A model generated the notes under the pieces. The model did no database searches and had not been told where the DNA came from. It worked only from the letters and a program-made list of their open reading frames with translations. This document shows positions 18,976 through 28,812 of a DNA stretch of 64,000 nucleotides, piece after piece. A program made the translations under genes and the position numbers. The stretch is from positions 32,001 to 96,000 of the IMG/VR virus record IMGVR_UViG_3300009149_000011, one strand, 5' to 3'. The stretch is from a virus. Position 1 is the first letter of the stretch. Every line of letters starts with the position of its first letter.

Positions 18976-20508
18976 TTAGTTTTCAATTAACTCAAAGTCT
19001 GTTCTCCTATTTTTAGACCTACCTTTTGAGGTAGAGTTGTCAGCTACAGGTTTATCTGGACCGTTACCTACAACTACGAACCTATTTGGATCAAATCCAT
19101 GTTCTGAAGCCAAGTAGTCAGCAACCGCTTGAGCTCTTTGTTTAGATATTCTCTTATTAGTAGATAAGCTTCCTGTGTTATCAGTGTTACCTTGAATTCT
19201 AATACGAGCGTTACCGAAACTCTTAGCTATTTCCAAAAACTGTAAGTCAATTATATATTTAGAATTCTCATCTAACTTATAAGCTCCAGTGGGGAATGTA
19301 ATAGTTACTTGTTTAGTTGAAATTGCTTCTTTAGTTATTAGAGCCGCAGTAGGCGCTTCGAAAGTTACCCCTCCTTCAGCATCATTTTCAGAACCACTTA
19401 ATGAAACGCTGCTTACAATTTCCTTGGTAGATACAGATCTCCAATTAGGAACTGTGCTAACAAAACCTAACTGGCTATATTTGTTACCCATATTTCTATA
19501 AAGATCTTCACCAGTAACCCCTCTATAAGAACCATCAAGTCCAAAGAAAGCTTGATTATCTCCCAGCGTTGCTAATCTTACATTATTAATAGCTGAGTAG
19601 CAGAAATTATAATCCATACCTAATCCTTTTTGAAGGATTTGAGCTGCTTCTTTCTTAGCTGATTCAGTTGTATTAATTGCGGCAGAACCTTTCATCCAAC
19701 CTTCAAACAATTGCGTCAACTCTTTATTATTATTATCTATGAAATCTTGCTTAGCAAAGAATACATCAGCGATAATATTAGAAGCCGTTTTAGTAGACTG
19801 TAATACCTTAGAGCCTTTTACGTTATCAACACAGTCAGCATCGTCTGGAGACCACACTACAGCCCCATCTACACTGCCAGATTTAAACATAGACGCGGCA
19901 TCAATTGCACTAGCTACCTCTATAATATTTACATCAGATGTTTTTAGATTACTAGTTTCAAGTAAATTGATTAAGAAAGAGTGAGACGGAGTCATATAAG
20001 CTACCGCAATTTTCTTTCCTTTTAAATCAGATACATTACCAATACCTCTTCGAACTACTATAGCATCTCCTCCACGGGACCAATCTGCCTGGAATACAAT
20101 CTTAGGATCAAACTCCTTAAGAGCATCAGCTTCAGTAGGGAAGGCATCAACTGTTGCCCATAATAAATCCACATCTCCTGATTTCCAAGCTTCTCTTGAG
20201 GCAACGAAGTCATCTAAAACTTTGAACTCTACTAGGAATCCGTAGTCTTTATAAAATTTAGAGGCAGTGTTAGCTTCAAAGCCTTTATTCCAAAACTGGC
20301 CTCCAGCATATCCACCCCAAGTCACTACTCCGACTTTAATGGTTTTTGTATCTTCAGATACGTCTGCAGCTTCTGCAGTTTGTTTATTTTCTTCAGGTGT
20401 TGGAATCACGCTATCTAGCGCTCCAGTGAAGTGAAGAGCCGCATAGATACCCCCGAACACGAGAGTAAATATAAAGATCTTAGCAAATGGTGTCATTGAT
20501 TTCCACAT
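18976..20508 (-). CDS. ABC substrate-binding protein fused to C-terminal OmpA-like domain
   Basis: SsuA-like SBP; GNTDNTG..SKQRAQAV..NRR OmpA motif. Confidence 0.85.
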   Translation of the reverse strand: MWKSMTPFAKIFIFTLVFGGIYAALHFTGALDSVIPTPEENKQTAEAADVSEDTKTIKVGVVTWGGYAGGQFWNKGFEANTASKFYKDYGFLVEFKVLDDFVASREAWKSGDVDLLWATVDAFPTEADALKEFDPKIVFQADWSRGGDAIVVRRGIGNVSDLKGKKIAVAYMTPSHSFLINLLETSNLKTSDVNIIEVASAIDAASMFKSGSVDGAVVWSPDDADCVDNVKGSKVLQSTKTASNIIADVFFAKQDFIDNNNKELTQLFEGWMKGSAAINTTESAKKEAAQILQKGLGMDYNFCYSAINNVRLATLGDNQAFFGLDGSYRGVTGEDLYRNMGNKYSQLGFVSTVPNWRSVSTKEIVSSVSLSGSENDAEGGVTFEAPTAALITKEAISTKQVTITFPTGAYKLDENSKYIIDLQFLEIAKSFGNARIRIQGNTDNTGSLSTNKRISKQRAQAVADYLASEHGFDPNRFVVVGNGPDKPVADNSTSKGRSKNRRTDFELIEN

Positions 20509-20539
20509 AATTAATTAAATTTAAAGTTATACGTTTATT

Positions 20540-21577
20540 TTACAAGAATTTATCGTAACCTGTTTGATTACCCTTTTTTGACCTAGATGCTGGTAAAGCA
20601 ATCTTTTGTTTAGTTCCAACCTTAGCTTGTGAGCTATTAAGACTGTCTATTATAGAGTAGTCAGTACCCTCTTCTAAAAGAATGGTGTTAATTTTATTAT
20701 CCCATTCTTCAAGCATTTTTTCCCCCCTGGCTTCGAATACTCCATTTTGGATATCCATGTTTTCCATAAAAGATTGAGATTGCTCCATAAAACTATCCAT
20801 CTCACCAAGTTTCATTCCGATGTCATCTACCACATATTCCATTGCTTGGTCGAATAACATCTTCTTGTCATTATCACCCGCTATAATGGATTTAGCTGAC
20901 TTCATTACACTGTGACTTTTAAGGACAGCTTCTCGCTCAATTTTCATATGCTTAACTTTATCATCAGTATCTTCGATCATAAAATTAGAAGCTTTGTGCA
21001 TTTTCTTAATAACTTCCTCAAGAATACCCATTGTTCTATATAGGTTAATCAATTTCTGATTAGTAGCTTCAGAACGAGCGGCTTTGTTAGAGTATAAAGT
21101 AACGCTAGCCTTACTCTTACCTTGAGATTGAGCAGATTTAGCTTTCTCAATATTCTCTTTCATTTCTTGAGTATTGTTATCTATCTGTCGTTTAACCTTA
21201 CCTCTTTGGCCAGATAATTGAGTTATTTGTTCAGACATCTTATGACTCTTCTTATGAAGATCTTCTACATATGTTTCCAATATACCAATAGGGTCTATTT
21301 GAATAAAGGCCGCAGTCATTTTACGCATAGCCAGTTTGTAGAAATACCATAAAAGAGTTCTAAATCTTTTATCGGTTGCCAATACAAAGATAACTCCAAG
21401 GCCAGCAATTAAAGCTAAAGCCGTATAGATGTTAGTAAGTAAAGTTATTAAAAAAGGAAGTATATGATACAATCCTATACCCGCGCCTACTATGATAGCA
21501 GCCATGACTATCATACCTGGCGTACCTTCGGGTCTTTGCCAAAATGTTTTTATTGGCTTATTTCCTCCGTTTTCCAT
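20540..21577 (-). CDS. membrane-anchored coiled-coil (PspA-like) protein
   Basis: Two TM helices then a long coiled coil. Confidence 0.6.
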   Translation of the reverse strand: MENGGNKPIKTFWQRPEGTPGMIVMAAIIVGAGIGLYHILPFLITLLTNIYTALALIAGLGVIFVLATDKRFRTLLWYFYKLAMRKMTAAFIQIDPIGILETYVEDLHKKSHKMSEQITQLSGQRGKVKRQIDNNTQEMKENIEKAKSAQSQGKSKASVTLYSNKAARSEATNQKLINLYRTMGILEEVIKKMHKASNFMIEDTDDKVKHMKIEREAVLKSHSVMKSAKSIIAGDNDKKMLFDQAMEYVVDDIGMKLGEMDSFMEQSQSFMENMDIQNGVFEARGEKMLEEWDNKINTILLEEGTDYSIIDSLNSSQAKVGTKQKIALPASRSKKGNQTGYDKFL

Positions 21578-22269
21578 TATGCGTTTTCTTTAGTAGTTGA
21601 AAGATACTTTTCAATATTAGCTTTATCTTCCTCAAGCTCTTGTCTAAGAGTATCAGCCGTAGCAATAAAGTTTGTTACGCTTGATGTTATGTTATCGCCT
21701 TCTGTGATGATTTCAGAATCAAGCTCTTTGTTCCTAGCACTTAACTCTTGAATTTCTTCAGTTAACTTCTGAATTTGAGCCGACTTAACCTCAATAGAGG
21801 AAGTATTAGCTTCTTTCTCTTGCTCTCTTGATCCAACTTGACTATTTCTCTTTGAATCAGCCGCAGATTGGAAAGTCACCTTTTCCGAGTCTAACTTGGA
21901 TATATAAGAATTGATTGCTGATAAAAGCGACTCTTGAGTTAACCCTTGCGAAGTTTGAAGTGTAATAAACGCGGTTTGAAACTTAGCCGAATCAGGAATG
22001 TTTACTGCACTCAAATTATCTAGCGCTGCAGAGAATGATTCCAACCCTTTATCTGGAACTGAAGAAACAAGAACACCTTGTAAGTGGTCATAAATCTCTT
22101 TATTGAAAACCCCTTCTTCTGGAGCCCCTTGAACACCAGCCTCAGTAAATGAAAAGTTGAATTCAGCTTTCTCGCCATTTTCAAGCTCCACCTCTTCGGT
22201 CACTTTTTCTTTTGCTTCTACTTCTGAATCAGTTTCAGATTCTTTGAAGAATAATCCTTTTAATCCCAT
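21577..22269 (-). CDS. coiled-coil protein, first gene of ABC operon
   Basis: TAATG coupling to the next gene. Confidence 0.65.
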   Translation of the reverse strand: MGLKGLFFKESETDSEVEAKEKVTEEVELENGEKAEFNFSFTEAGVQGAPEEGVFNKEIYDHLQGVLVSSVPDKGLESFSAALDNLSAVNIPDSAKFQTAFITLQTSQGLTQESLLSAINSYISKLDSEKVTFQSAADSKRNSQVGSREQEKEANTSSIEVKSAQIQKLTEEIQELSARNKELDSEIITEGDNITSSVTNFIATADTLRQELEEDKANIEKYLSTTKENA

Positions 22270-22333
22270 TTGCTTTTTTTAGTTATAATATGTTAACGAA
22301 CAAAACTTGATAATGTTTCCAAAACGGAAATGT

Positions 22334-22804
22334 TTATTTACTAAGTTTAGGTATTAGATAATCTAATACTGCTTTATGATTTGGAAACTTTTCTGTTTTA
22401 TAGTGGATTAACTCCCCCGTGAAGTCTTTCCAAGTATCTGCGTGATCATCTATAAGATAATCTCCTATATTCAATTCTTTATAGCAACTTAAAATTAATC
22501 TTTCAACATAGCTTGAGCCAAAATGTTTTTGGATCCACATAGCCTTTGCCGTAAAACACCAAAGGTTTCTTGGAGAAGGTTTAGATAAGAACAACGCAAG
22601 AACACCTGGCTGCCTATCTACTTCCAAAAACGCTTCTATCGCCCCATCTATAGGCTCTAAATTTTCAAAGAATCCAAACTGACTCTGAGGCCAAGCAATG
22701 CCTGGCTCCTCTCGTAATGCTGCTGAGCTGGCTCCAGTGAAGTCGGCCATAACATCATCCATGTCGAAATATACTATCTTACGATTTTTGCTTTCTTTTG
22801 TCAT
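22334..22804 (-). CDS. 5'(3')-deoxyribonucleotidase (HAD, NT5C-like)
   Basis: YFDMDDVMADF, GDYLIDD. Confidence 0.85.
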   Translation of the reverse strand: MTKESKNRKIVYFDMDDVMADFTGASSAALREEPGIAWPQSQFGFFENLEPIDGAIEAFLEVDRQPGVLALFLSKPSPRNLWCFTAKAMWIQKHFGSSYVERLILSCYKELNIGDYLIDDHADTWKDFTGELIHYKTEKFPNHKAVLDYLIPKLSK

Positions 22805-22927
22805 CTTTTTCTCGCCATTTTACTAGCTCTTTTTGAAGCTTTTCTTCTGCAAAGTCTAAAGGTATGTTTTTTCTTTGCATTTTTTTAATAAAACCTTGAC
22901 TTTATGTCTATTTTTATATCAAACATA

Positions 22928-23812
22928 TTACTTCAAGCTTATGTGTTTGGTCCAAAACTCAACAGACTCTCTATACTTATCCTCATCTATAGGTTCTCCA
23001 TTTCCACCGTACTCTTTACCTGCAGCATTACGCAACATAGTAATAGGTTTCATAGGCTCTTGTTCCTCGGCGTTGTGAGCTAATATAGCTACAACACACC
23101 AATCGGCATCAAGATTAGCGCTAGAATTATTACTTATTAAATCTCTTACGTTGATGTGGTCTGGAAAATTGTAGCCATCCAAGCTCAATTGTTCAGCAAC
23201 TGATTTAGCTGCAAACTTCTCTTTCTCTCTATAGGCTGAAGCTTTATCATACTCAGCGTCTTTAGCTGCTTTATTTTTTAAAGTTTTAATATCTCCTATA
23301 GCCCCTAGTCTAGAGCACACTATATCAAAAGCTTCATCTTTTTTTACTTGACCTAGCTCAGAATAATCAATCAACTCTTTCGCAACTTGAGAAGCATTCT
23401 CTTTGATCACCTGCTCTTTTGAATAAAGGACAATTGTTAAATTATTAGCAACAGGCTTTAGATGATCTAATCTCTTTGGCAATTCAAGCCATTCAGATAA
23501 AACTGGAAGCTCACTATTTGTTCTTGCTGAATATCCAGATCTAACAAAAGGGTAATAAGCTGGAGACAGCTCAACAACAGATAACTTAGCATTGGTGAAG
23601 TTTTCAAATGTAATTAAACGAGAAAATTCATAATCTCCTTTTCTTACATTTTTAACTCTAGTGTGTTCAGCATCATCTTGAATTTCCAAATTCATATTAA
23701 CACCTTCAATGAACGATTCATACGTTCTATCCGTAATCTTCGTTCCTCCAAATCCTGGATCGAAATGCCTTTTGGCAAAATCGGTCATGCATATACTTTG
23801 TACGTCTTTCAT
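22928..23812 (-). CDS. DUF3228-like protein with inserted UVR-like motif
   Basis: RSGYSART..ELPVL, PMKPITMLRNA.G.EYGGNG; AKDAEYDKASAYRE. Confidence 0.6.
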   Translation of the reverse strand: MKDVQSICMTDFAKRHFDPGFGGTKITDRTYESFIEGVNMNLEIQDDAEHTRVKNVRKGDYEFSRLITFENFTNAKLSVVELSPAYYPFVRSGYSARTNSELPVLSEWLELPKRLDHLKPVANNLTIVLYSKEQVIKENASQVAKELIDYSELGQVKKDEAFDIVCSRLGAIGDIKTLKNKAAKDAEYDKASAYREKEKFAAKSVAEQLSLDGYNFPDHINVRDLISNNSSANLDADWCVVAILAHNAEEQEPMKPITMLRNAAGKEYGGNGEPIDEDKYRESVEFWTKHISLK

Positions 23813-23824
23813 AATTTCGGCAAT

Positions 23825-24325
23825 TTAATGAGAATAAGTGATTACACCAAATTTAATTTCCACTTCTTTATAGAAATCTTTCAAAGCGGATATCTCGTTA
23901 GAGTACTCCACTTCAAATTCTTGCTTTGATTTTTCTATGTGATGAAACTCTATCTCAGTAGTATATTGCTCACCTCTACCTGAGTCTGATGTTGATATGG
24001 TTCCCTTGCCTCCATTAGGCATAAGAATTGTGTAACCTGTCTTTTGGTCTATATATTCAGGCTGAAAGAAAGCGTCCTCGTTTAAGTTTTCAGGCTCATT
24101 AAGCTCTCTATACAAATCATGCCAACCACAAAACGTTTCAGGAACCTCAATAGTTTCAGTCAACCTTTCTACTGGATCTCCAGTATCTGGATCAAACTTA
24201 ACTTTTTTCTTGAATATTTTATTAGTCTTTTGATTTTTATATATCATCTTTATCTCTTTCTTAATAATGACTTTATTCTTAACAAGTAGATAAGACCCTA
24301 CTACTGTTGTTGTATCTATTCCCAT
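23825..24325 (-). CDS. hypothetical protein
   Basis: ORF. Confidence 0.7.
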   Translation of the reverse strand: MGIDTTTVVGSYLLVKNKVIIKKEIKMIYKNQKTNKIFKKKVKFDPDTGDPVERLTETIEVPETFCGWHDLYRELNEPENLNEDAFFQPEYIDQKTGYTILMPNGGKGTISTSDSGRGEQYTTEIEFHHIEKSKQEFEVEYSNEISALKDFYKEVEIKFGVITYSH

Positions 24326-24385
24326 ATTTTCTATTCGTTTTATATTATAACGAAAAAAATGGATAAATGTTTCTATAATGGCAAC

Positions 24386-24416
24386 AAAAAACCGAAAGGT
24401 TTCCCTATCGGCTTTT
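24386..24416 (-). terminator. terminator after tmRNA/tRNA-Met unit
   Basis: GCCGATAGG..CCTTTCGGTTTTTT. Confidence 0.65.
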
Positions 24417-24424
24417 GTTTCAAG

Positions 24425-24511
24425 TTGCGGTGGGTAGGATTCGAACCTACGTTCTCTTTCGAGTTAGAGCTTATGAGACTCCGCTGGTACCAGACTCCAG
24501 TCGACCCCGCG
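24425..24511 (-). tRNA. tRNA-Met(CAT), initiator-like (C1:A72) with long variable arm
   Basis: Loop CTCATAA; extra CTC-GAAA-GAG arm. Confidence 0.75.
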
Positions 24512-24543
24512 ATATACCTTCAAGATTGATATTCATCTAATTG

Positions 24544-24629
24544 TAGCGGGAGAAGGACTCGAACCTCCGCAAGCGCCTACGCGTCTCTGGGTTATGAGCC
24601 CAGCGTGTTACCAATTACACCACCCCGCA
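24544..24629 (-). tRNA. tRNA-fMet(CAT) with long variable arm
   Basis: CTGGG-CTCATAA-CCCAG (3 G-C pairs), 1:72 mismatch. Confidence 0.8.
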
Positions 24630-24699
24630 ATATATGCTTTGTATCTCATGGGTCAGGATGAACCTGTCTCATGTGATATGAATACCAATAAAATTTTTC

Positions 24700-25110
24700 G
24701 AATGTTTGAGTTTCTCTACGGAAATCGCTTGTGTCGTTTTGTTGTTTAGTTTAAAGACCTGAGAGGAGGCTCCGCCTCCCCTAAAGTCTCGAATTCTTTT
24801 AATTGAATGAATGCTGATTAGGCAGCCATTGCAAGAGATTCTGTGTTTACGTTTATTTCGCCGTTTACTTGTTTTGATCTAACTCTTTTCACTCCGTTCA
24901 TCATGACCAGTCAAGTGCCAGTTAATCCCCATTTAAACTCTTTACCTTAAAGTTTGATTTCTCAGGGACAATAAGGAATCAGATAACTGTTTCCATGTCA
25001 TAGTTACGTTTCCGAAGAAAGAGGCTTTACTAGACCTAGTGGAGAATTGGGGAGTTGAACCCCAGTCCTGTGAAACTTCTCGAAACAAATACGAACGAGT
25101 AGCGATCCTG
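24700..25110 (-). ncRNA. ssrA: permuted (two-piece) tmRNA; outer ends approximate
   Basis: T-arm and acceptor (..GGGGTTCAACTCCCCAATTCTCCA, ends 25040) precede the 5' piece GGGGATT (24930); G3:U70; tag GEINVNTESLAMAA* at 24862-24818. Confidence 0.85.
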
Positions 25111-25177
25111 TATAAATACAAAACAAAATTACAAAAAGTTCAAACTAATATCAAATTATTTTGATATTATTTTAATA

Positions 25178-25465
25178 TTAGTATAAATCATCTAAAAATA
25201 CGGGCGTAGTTTCACCTAAATAACCTCCAATTATGTTATAGTAAAAATACTCCAAAGCATCCTCGTGAGTCATATCATCCTTCATAAGGATATCTATGAT
25301 TCCCTTCTTACTGTATAATACGGCCATATCATTTCCGAATTTCTCTACAACCCCTACTATAGCATCGTCTAATCCATCGAAGAATATCAATCCATAATCT
25401 TCATCATAGTTTTGCTCTATCTCTTCACGTTTAGATATCTTTTTAATCTCTTTTTTTTCGCTCAT
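25178..25465 (-). CDS. conserved phage hypothetical
   Basis: DGLDDAIVG..EYFYYNIIGGYLGETTP; probable start MSEKK. Confidence 0.75.
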   Translation of the reverse strand: MSEKKEIKKISKREEIEQNYDEDYGLIFFDGLDDAIVGVVEKFGNDMAVLYSKKGIIDILMKDDMTHEDALEYFYYNIIGGYLGETTPVFLDDLY

Positions 25466-25656
25466 TATTTTGGTTTTCTTATTGCTAATTGATATACGGT
25501 TATCGGCCATGTTAATGTTACTGCTATTATCATAATCAGCTCTTTTTTAGGGACAGTTTGCTCCAAGTTAGTACCATACTTAAAAAGAAGCAAAGTAGAT
25601 AACGAGAAACAACCACCCATCAAAAAATACATTGAAATATATAATCCCCAGTCCAT
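25465..25656 (-). CDS. small membrane protein
   Basis: Two TM segments, WP motif. Confidence 0.65.
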   Translation of the reverse strand: MDWGLYISMYFLMGGCFSLSTLLLFKYGTNLEQTVPKKELIMIIAVTLTWPITVYQLAIRKPK

Positions 25657-26624
25657 TAGAAGTTTGTTTCTATAATCTTTTTTACTGGAAAAAATTCATT
25701 TACAGCACTAGACTCCTCGTCTTTATTAAACTTGTTACCATCCCAAAGAAAAGCCGATGCGTGAGTTGATCTTTGTATATATTTAATTACAAAATTATAC
25801 AACTCAACAAATGGCTGATCCTGTTTAAATCCTGGTAAAGTCATTCCCCAATAATTTAAAAAGAACTCCATAAATACCTCCAAATGAGCCGATCCCACAT
25901 GTTTCCAGTAATCTGCTGTCGGAGTCCATATATCTGTGTGAGGATGCACATCTACTATAGCTGAGGCAATTGCGAAACAAGCTTCATCAGGAACTTGTTG
26001 AGCCCATTTACTCATTTCAATATCAACGTCTCCATTAGACACCGCATCATATACCTCTAATGCTTTGTCAAACAATTTTTCAGCTGAGCCTCCTTTCTTC
26101 CAATAAATAAAGTGGCTATGTATTTGAGACATTGTTCCTTCTTTTAAATCAAAAGCTTTTGCAAAATTACCAACAGTACCCCAGTCCATTATTTTTTGAT
26201 TTGACTTTTTAGCAATGTCAAATTTACCAGAAACATATGAAGTAAAATCATGCTCCTGCAATTCATACATAAGCCATGAGACCTTTTTACCAGGAAACCA
26301 TAATGAATCAGAATCAATAAATGCAACTTCATCAAACGGGTTATAATGATTAATCATGCATTTAAATCTACTAGGCATCATAACGTCATCAACGTATAAA
26401 TCCTCCCTTTTAGCTAATATCTTTAAAGTGAATATCTTTTGCTGTTTATAATCCAATTCTGCAAACACCTCATCGCCATAATATATAATGGCAATTGGTA
26501 TTGTAGGGTCTTCAGATCTAATGCTTAGAGCTAGATTGTAGGCATACTTGCCATACACCGATTGCCCTGCCGCAAACAATAATACCCCTTTAGATAAATC
26601 TGTTTTTTCAGTTTTTACTCCCAT
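25656..26624 (-). CDS. GT-A-like glycosyltransferase
   Basis: FIDSD (DxD), PDE motif. Confidence 0.65.
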   Translation of the reverse strand: MGVKTEKTDLSKGVLLFAAGQSVYGKYAYNLALSIRSEDPTIPIAIIYYGDEVFAELDYKQQKIFTLKILAKREDLYVDDVMMPSRFKCMINHYNPFDEVAFIDSDSLWFPGKKVSWLMYELQEHDFTSYVSGKFDIAKKSNQKIMDWGTVGNFAKAFDLKEGTMSQIHSHFIYWKKGGSAEKLFDKALEVYDAVSNGDVDIEMSKWAQQVPDEACFAIASAIVDVHPHTDIWTPTADYWKHVGSAHLEVFMEFFLNYWGMTLPGFKQDQPFVELYNFVIKYIQRSTHASAFLWDGNKFNKDEESSAVNEFFPVKKIIETNF

Positions 26625-27127
26625 TAGAAATCTTCGTTTTTTACTTTAATGTCTGCGTAGTAATCAGCAAACTCTTTCTTTTCCCAAGAAAGTCTAGTGT
26701 CAATCTTTCCATCTTCCCAACCTCTACCAGACTTCATTCTCTTAATTCTTATATCCTCATCAATGTCAAATCCAATCACCACAAATTGATCATGGTATTC
26801 TTTAGGTATCTTGGATATACCTGAAGGAGTCATGATAAAAAGGTCAAATAACTCAAACTGTTCTTTGGTGGTGCCGTAATAATCAGATATCACCGTTCCA
26901 TCTTCCAATTTGTTATCAACTCTATCATATTCAAGCCACATATCTTGCTCTATCATACCTTCAAAATCTTCTTTAGTTATAAAAAGGTAATCCTCTCCAT
27001 TAACTTCTCCAGGTCTTGGATCTCTAGTAGTAAATGAAACGCCTAATTTAAAACCTTTAGTTTCAAACTTTTTTCTAGCGTAATCTTTTCCAGATGCGGA
27101 TGGCCCGCATAAAATAACTTTTCCCAT
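26624..27127 (-). CDS. gmk: guanylate kinase
   Basis: GPSASGK, TTRDPRPGEVNGEDYLF, YYGT. Confidence 0.9.
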   Translation of the reverse strand: MGKVILCGPSASGKDYARKKFETKGFKLGVSFTTRDPRPGEVNGEDYLFITKEDFEGMIEQDMWLEYDRVDNKLEDGTVISDYYGTTKEQFELFDLFIMTPSGISKIPKEYHDQFVVIGFDIDEDIRIKRMKSGRGWEDGKIDTRLSWEKKEFADYYADIKVKNEDF

Positions 27128-27149
27128 TGTATTATACTTTTATCTTTCT

Positions 27150-27977
27150 TTAACTATTAGTGCTATATTTACCGTTTATAGATCTTCGATCTTTGTTCCT
27201 TTGAATAAATTCAATCATTTGCTGATTTTGTTGTTGAGCTAATATAGCATCAGAATGAGCTCTTTCTTCAGCTCTAATCTTCATTTCTGACCTACGTTCA
27301 TCTGAAATGTTTGGGACCTTATCCCAATAGCTTGCCGCACTATTACTTATAGATGCGTTATGAGATTGCATTTGATCTCCCGCTACACTTACATGATTAT
27401 TATGAGTTGCAGAAACGGTATCTGATACAGATATAAGTCTAATCTTAGGCTTTTTTCTACCAACAATTACTCTACTTGACCACCAATGTTTAAAGTCCTT
27501 ACTCATCCTACTATCTTTCTCGAAAATAGGAAATTTGTCTTGATACGTTATTATAAATTCATTAGATAAAATTTGAGTTTGCCAAATAACTTCCCAACAT
27601 CTATCATCTAGATATTTTATATGACCCCTAATGAAAGACTCACTCATTTCTTGATATTTACACACCAAAAACCAATTAATTTCTTCTTTGAAGCTTTCTA
27701 TAAAAGCTTCTGAAACAATTTGATCTTTTATAACCAAGGGCCATTCAATGTATTCAAAGTATGCTTCTAAAACTTCCTCTGGAATAAAGTAGTCTTGAGA
27801 AATAGATGTTATAACTTTCTCTATAGCAGAGAACTTTAGATTACGTGCATATTCTGCAGCATCACTGTAAGGGCTTACGATAACTCCATCTTCTTTATTC
27901 AAATAACTTTCAGCTATGTACTTTCTAGTTTCCTTGAATATAAGTTTCTCAGCTAAAGATATACTAATCTCTTTCAT
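27150..27977 (-). CDS. Trp-repeat hypothetical protein
   Basis: INW..VCKYQ.MSESFI-type repeats. Confidence 0.6.
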   Translation of the reverse strand: MKEISISLAEKLIFKETRKYIAESYLNKEDGVIVSPYSDAAEYARNLKFSAIEKVITSISQDYFIPEEVLEAYFEYIEWPLVIKDQIVSEAFIESFKEEINWFLVCKYQEMSESFIRGHIKYLDDRCWEVIWQTQILSNEFIITYQDKFPIFEKDSRMSKDFKHWWSSRVIVGRKKPKIRLISVSDTVSATHNNHVSVAGDQMQSHNASISNSAASYWDKVPNISDERRSEMKIRAEERAHSDAILAQQQNQQMIEFIQRNKDRRSINGKYSTNS

Positions 27978-28008
27978 CTTGCGTTTTAATTCAAGACAAA
28001 TATAGGAA

Positions 28009-28734
28009 TTAATTATCTCTTAAGCAAATAGGAGATACTTCAAAATTCACAATCACAGATATTCCTAATGGGTATTCGCCAATTCCCTCTACAGGTTCCA
28101 CTTGTAGATTTATATAAGAAACTTTATCTCCAGAATTTAGACTGTCATGAATAGATGAGAATAGAGACACTTCAAACAGGTTATGCTTCTTTCTGAGGTC
28201 ATCCACGATTCCTACAAGCTCATCCTTTGAAACATCTGACTTAAACCCGTTAAAAAATGCTTCATAAATGTCTAGATTAAATTGAGCGGCTCTTTGAAAC
28301 ACGTGAAAAGATATGTTGTTTCCATGCTCTTTTTCAAAGTAAGATTTTAAATCTGAAGCTTCTAAATTTGTAAATATTTCGTGTATATGATGAGAGTCCC
28401 TACTGACATATCTATATAGCCTACTCCTATCATCGTTGTGTTGAGCAAAATGCTCTACCATATCCAATAATACATTTTCATCCCCTTTAGCATCCAGCTC
28501 AGCTAATGTATATATTGCTTTATATTTATCATATCTATCACCCAGGTAATCTTTATGATTCTCTAAAAATTCCCTTGATAGCTTTTGTTTTTTTAATACT
28601 AGATCTATATTTATAAACTCTATAAACTCGGAAAGAAATTCTTCAGGTATTTCTTCATGATTATCATATATAGCATCCCAATCGTCACCGCCATTTACAT
28701 CTTCAAGAATCTGTTCCTTTAATAATTCAGTCAT
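28009..28734 (-). CDS. hypothetical protein
   Basis: ORF. Confidence 0.7.
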   Translation of the reverse strand: MTELLKEQILEDVNGGDDWDAIYDNHEEIPEEFLSEFIEFINIDLVLKKQKLSREFLENHKDYLGDRYDKYKAIYTLAELDAKGDENVLLDMVEHFAQHNDDRSRLYRYVSRDSHHIHEIFTNLEASDLKSYFEKEHGNNISFHVFQRAAQFNLDIYEAFFNGFKSDVSKDELVGIVDDLRKKHNLFEVSLFSSIHDSLNSGDKVSYINLQVEPVEGIGEYPLGISVIVNFEVSPICLRDN

Positions 28735-28812
28735 GTAAAAAATATACTATTATGAATTATTAAAATAAAGCAAAAAAAAGGAGACCTTAATAGGTCTCCT
28801 TTTTAATATTAT

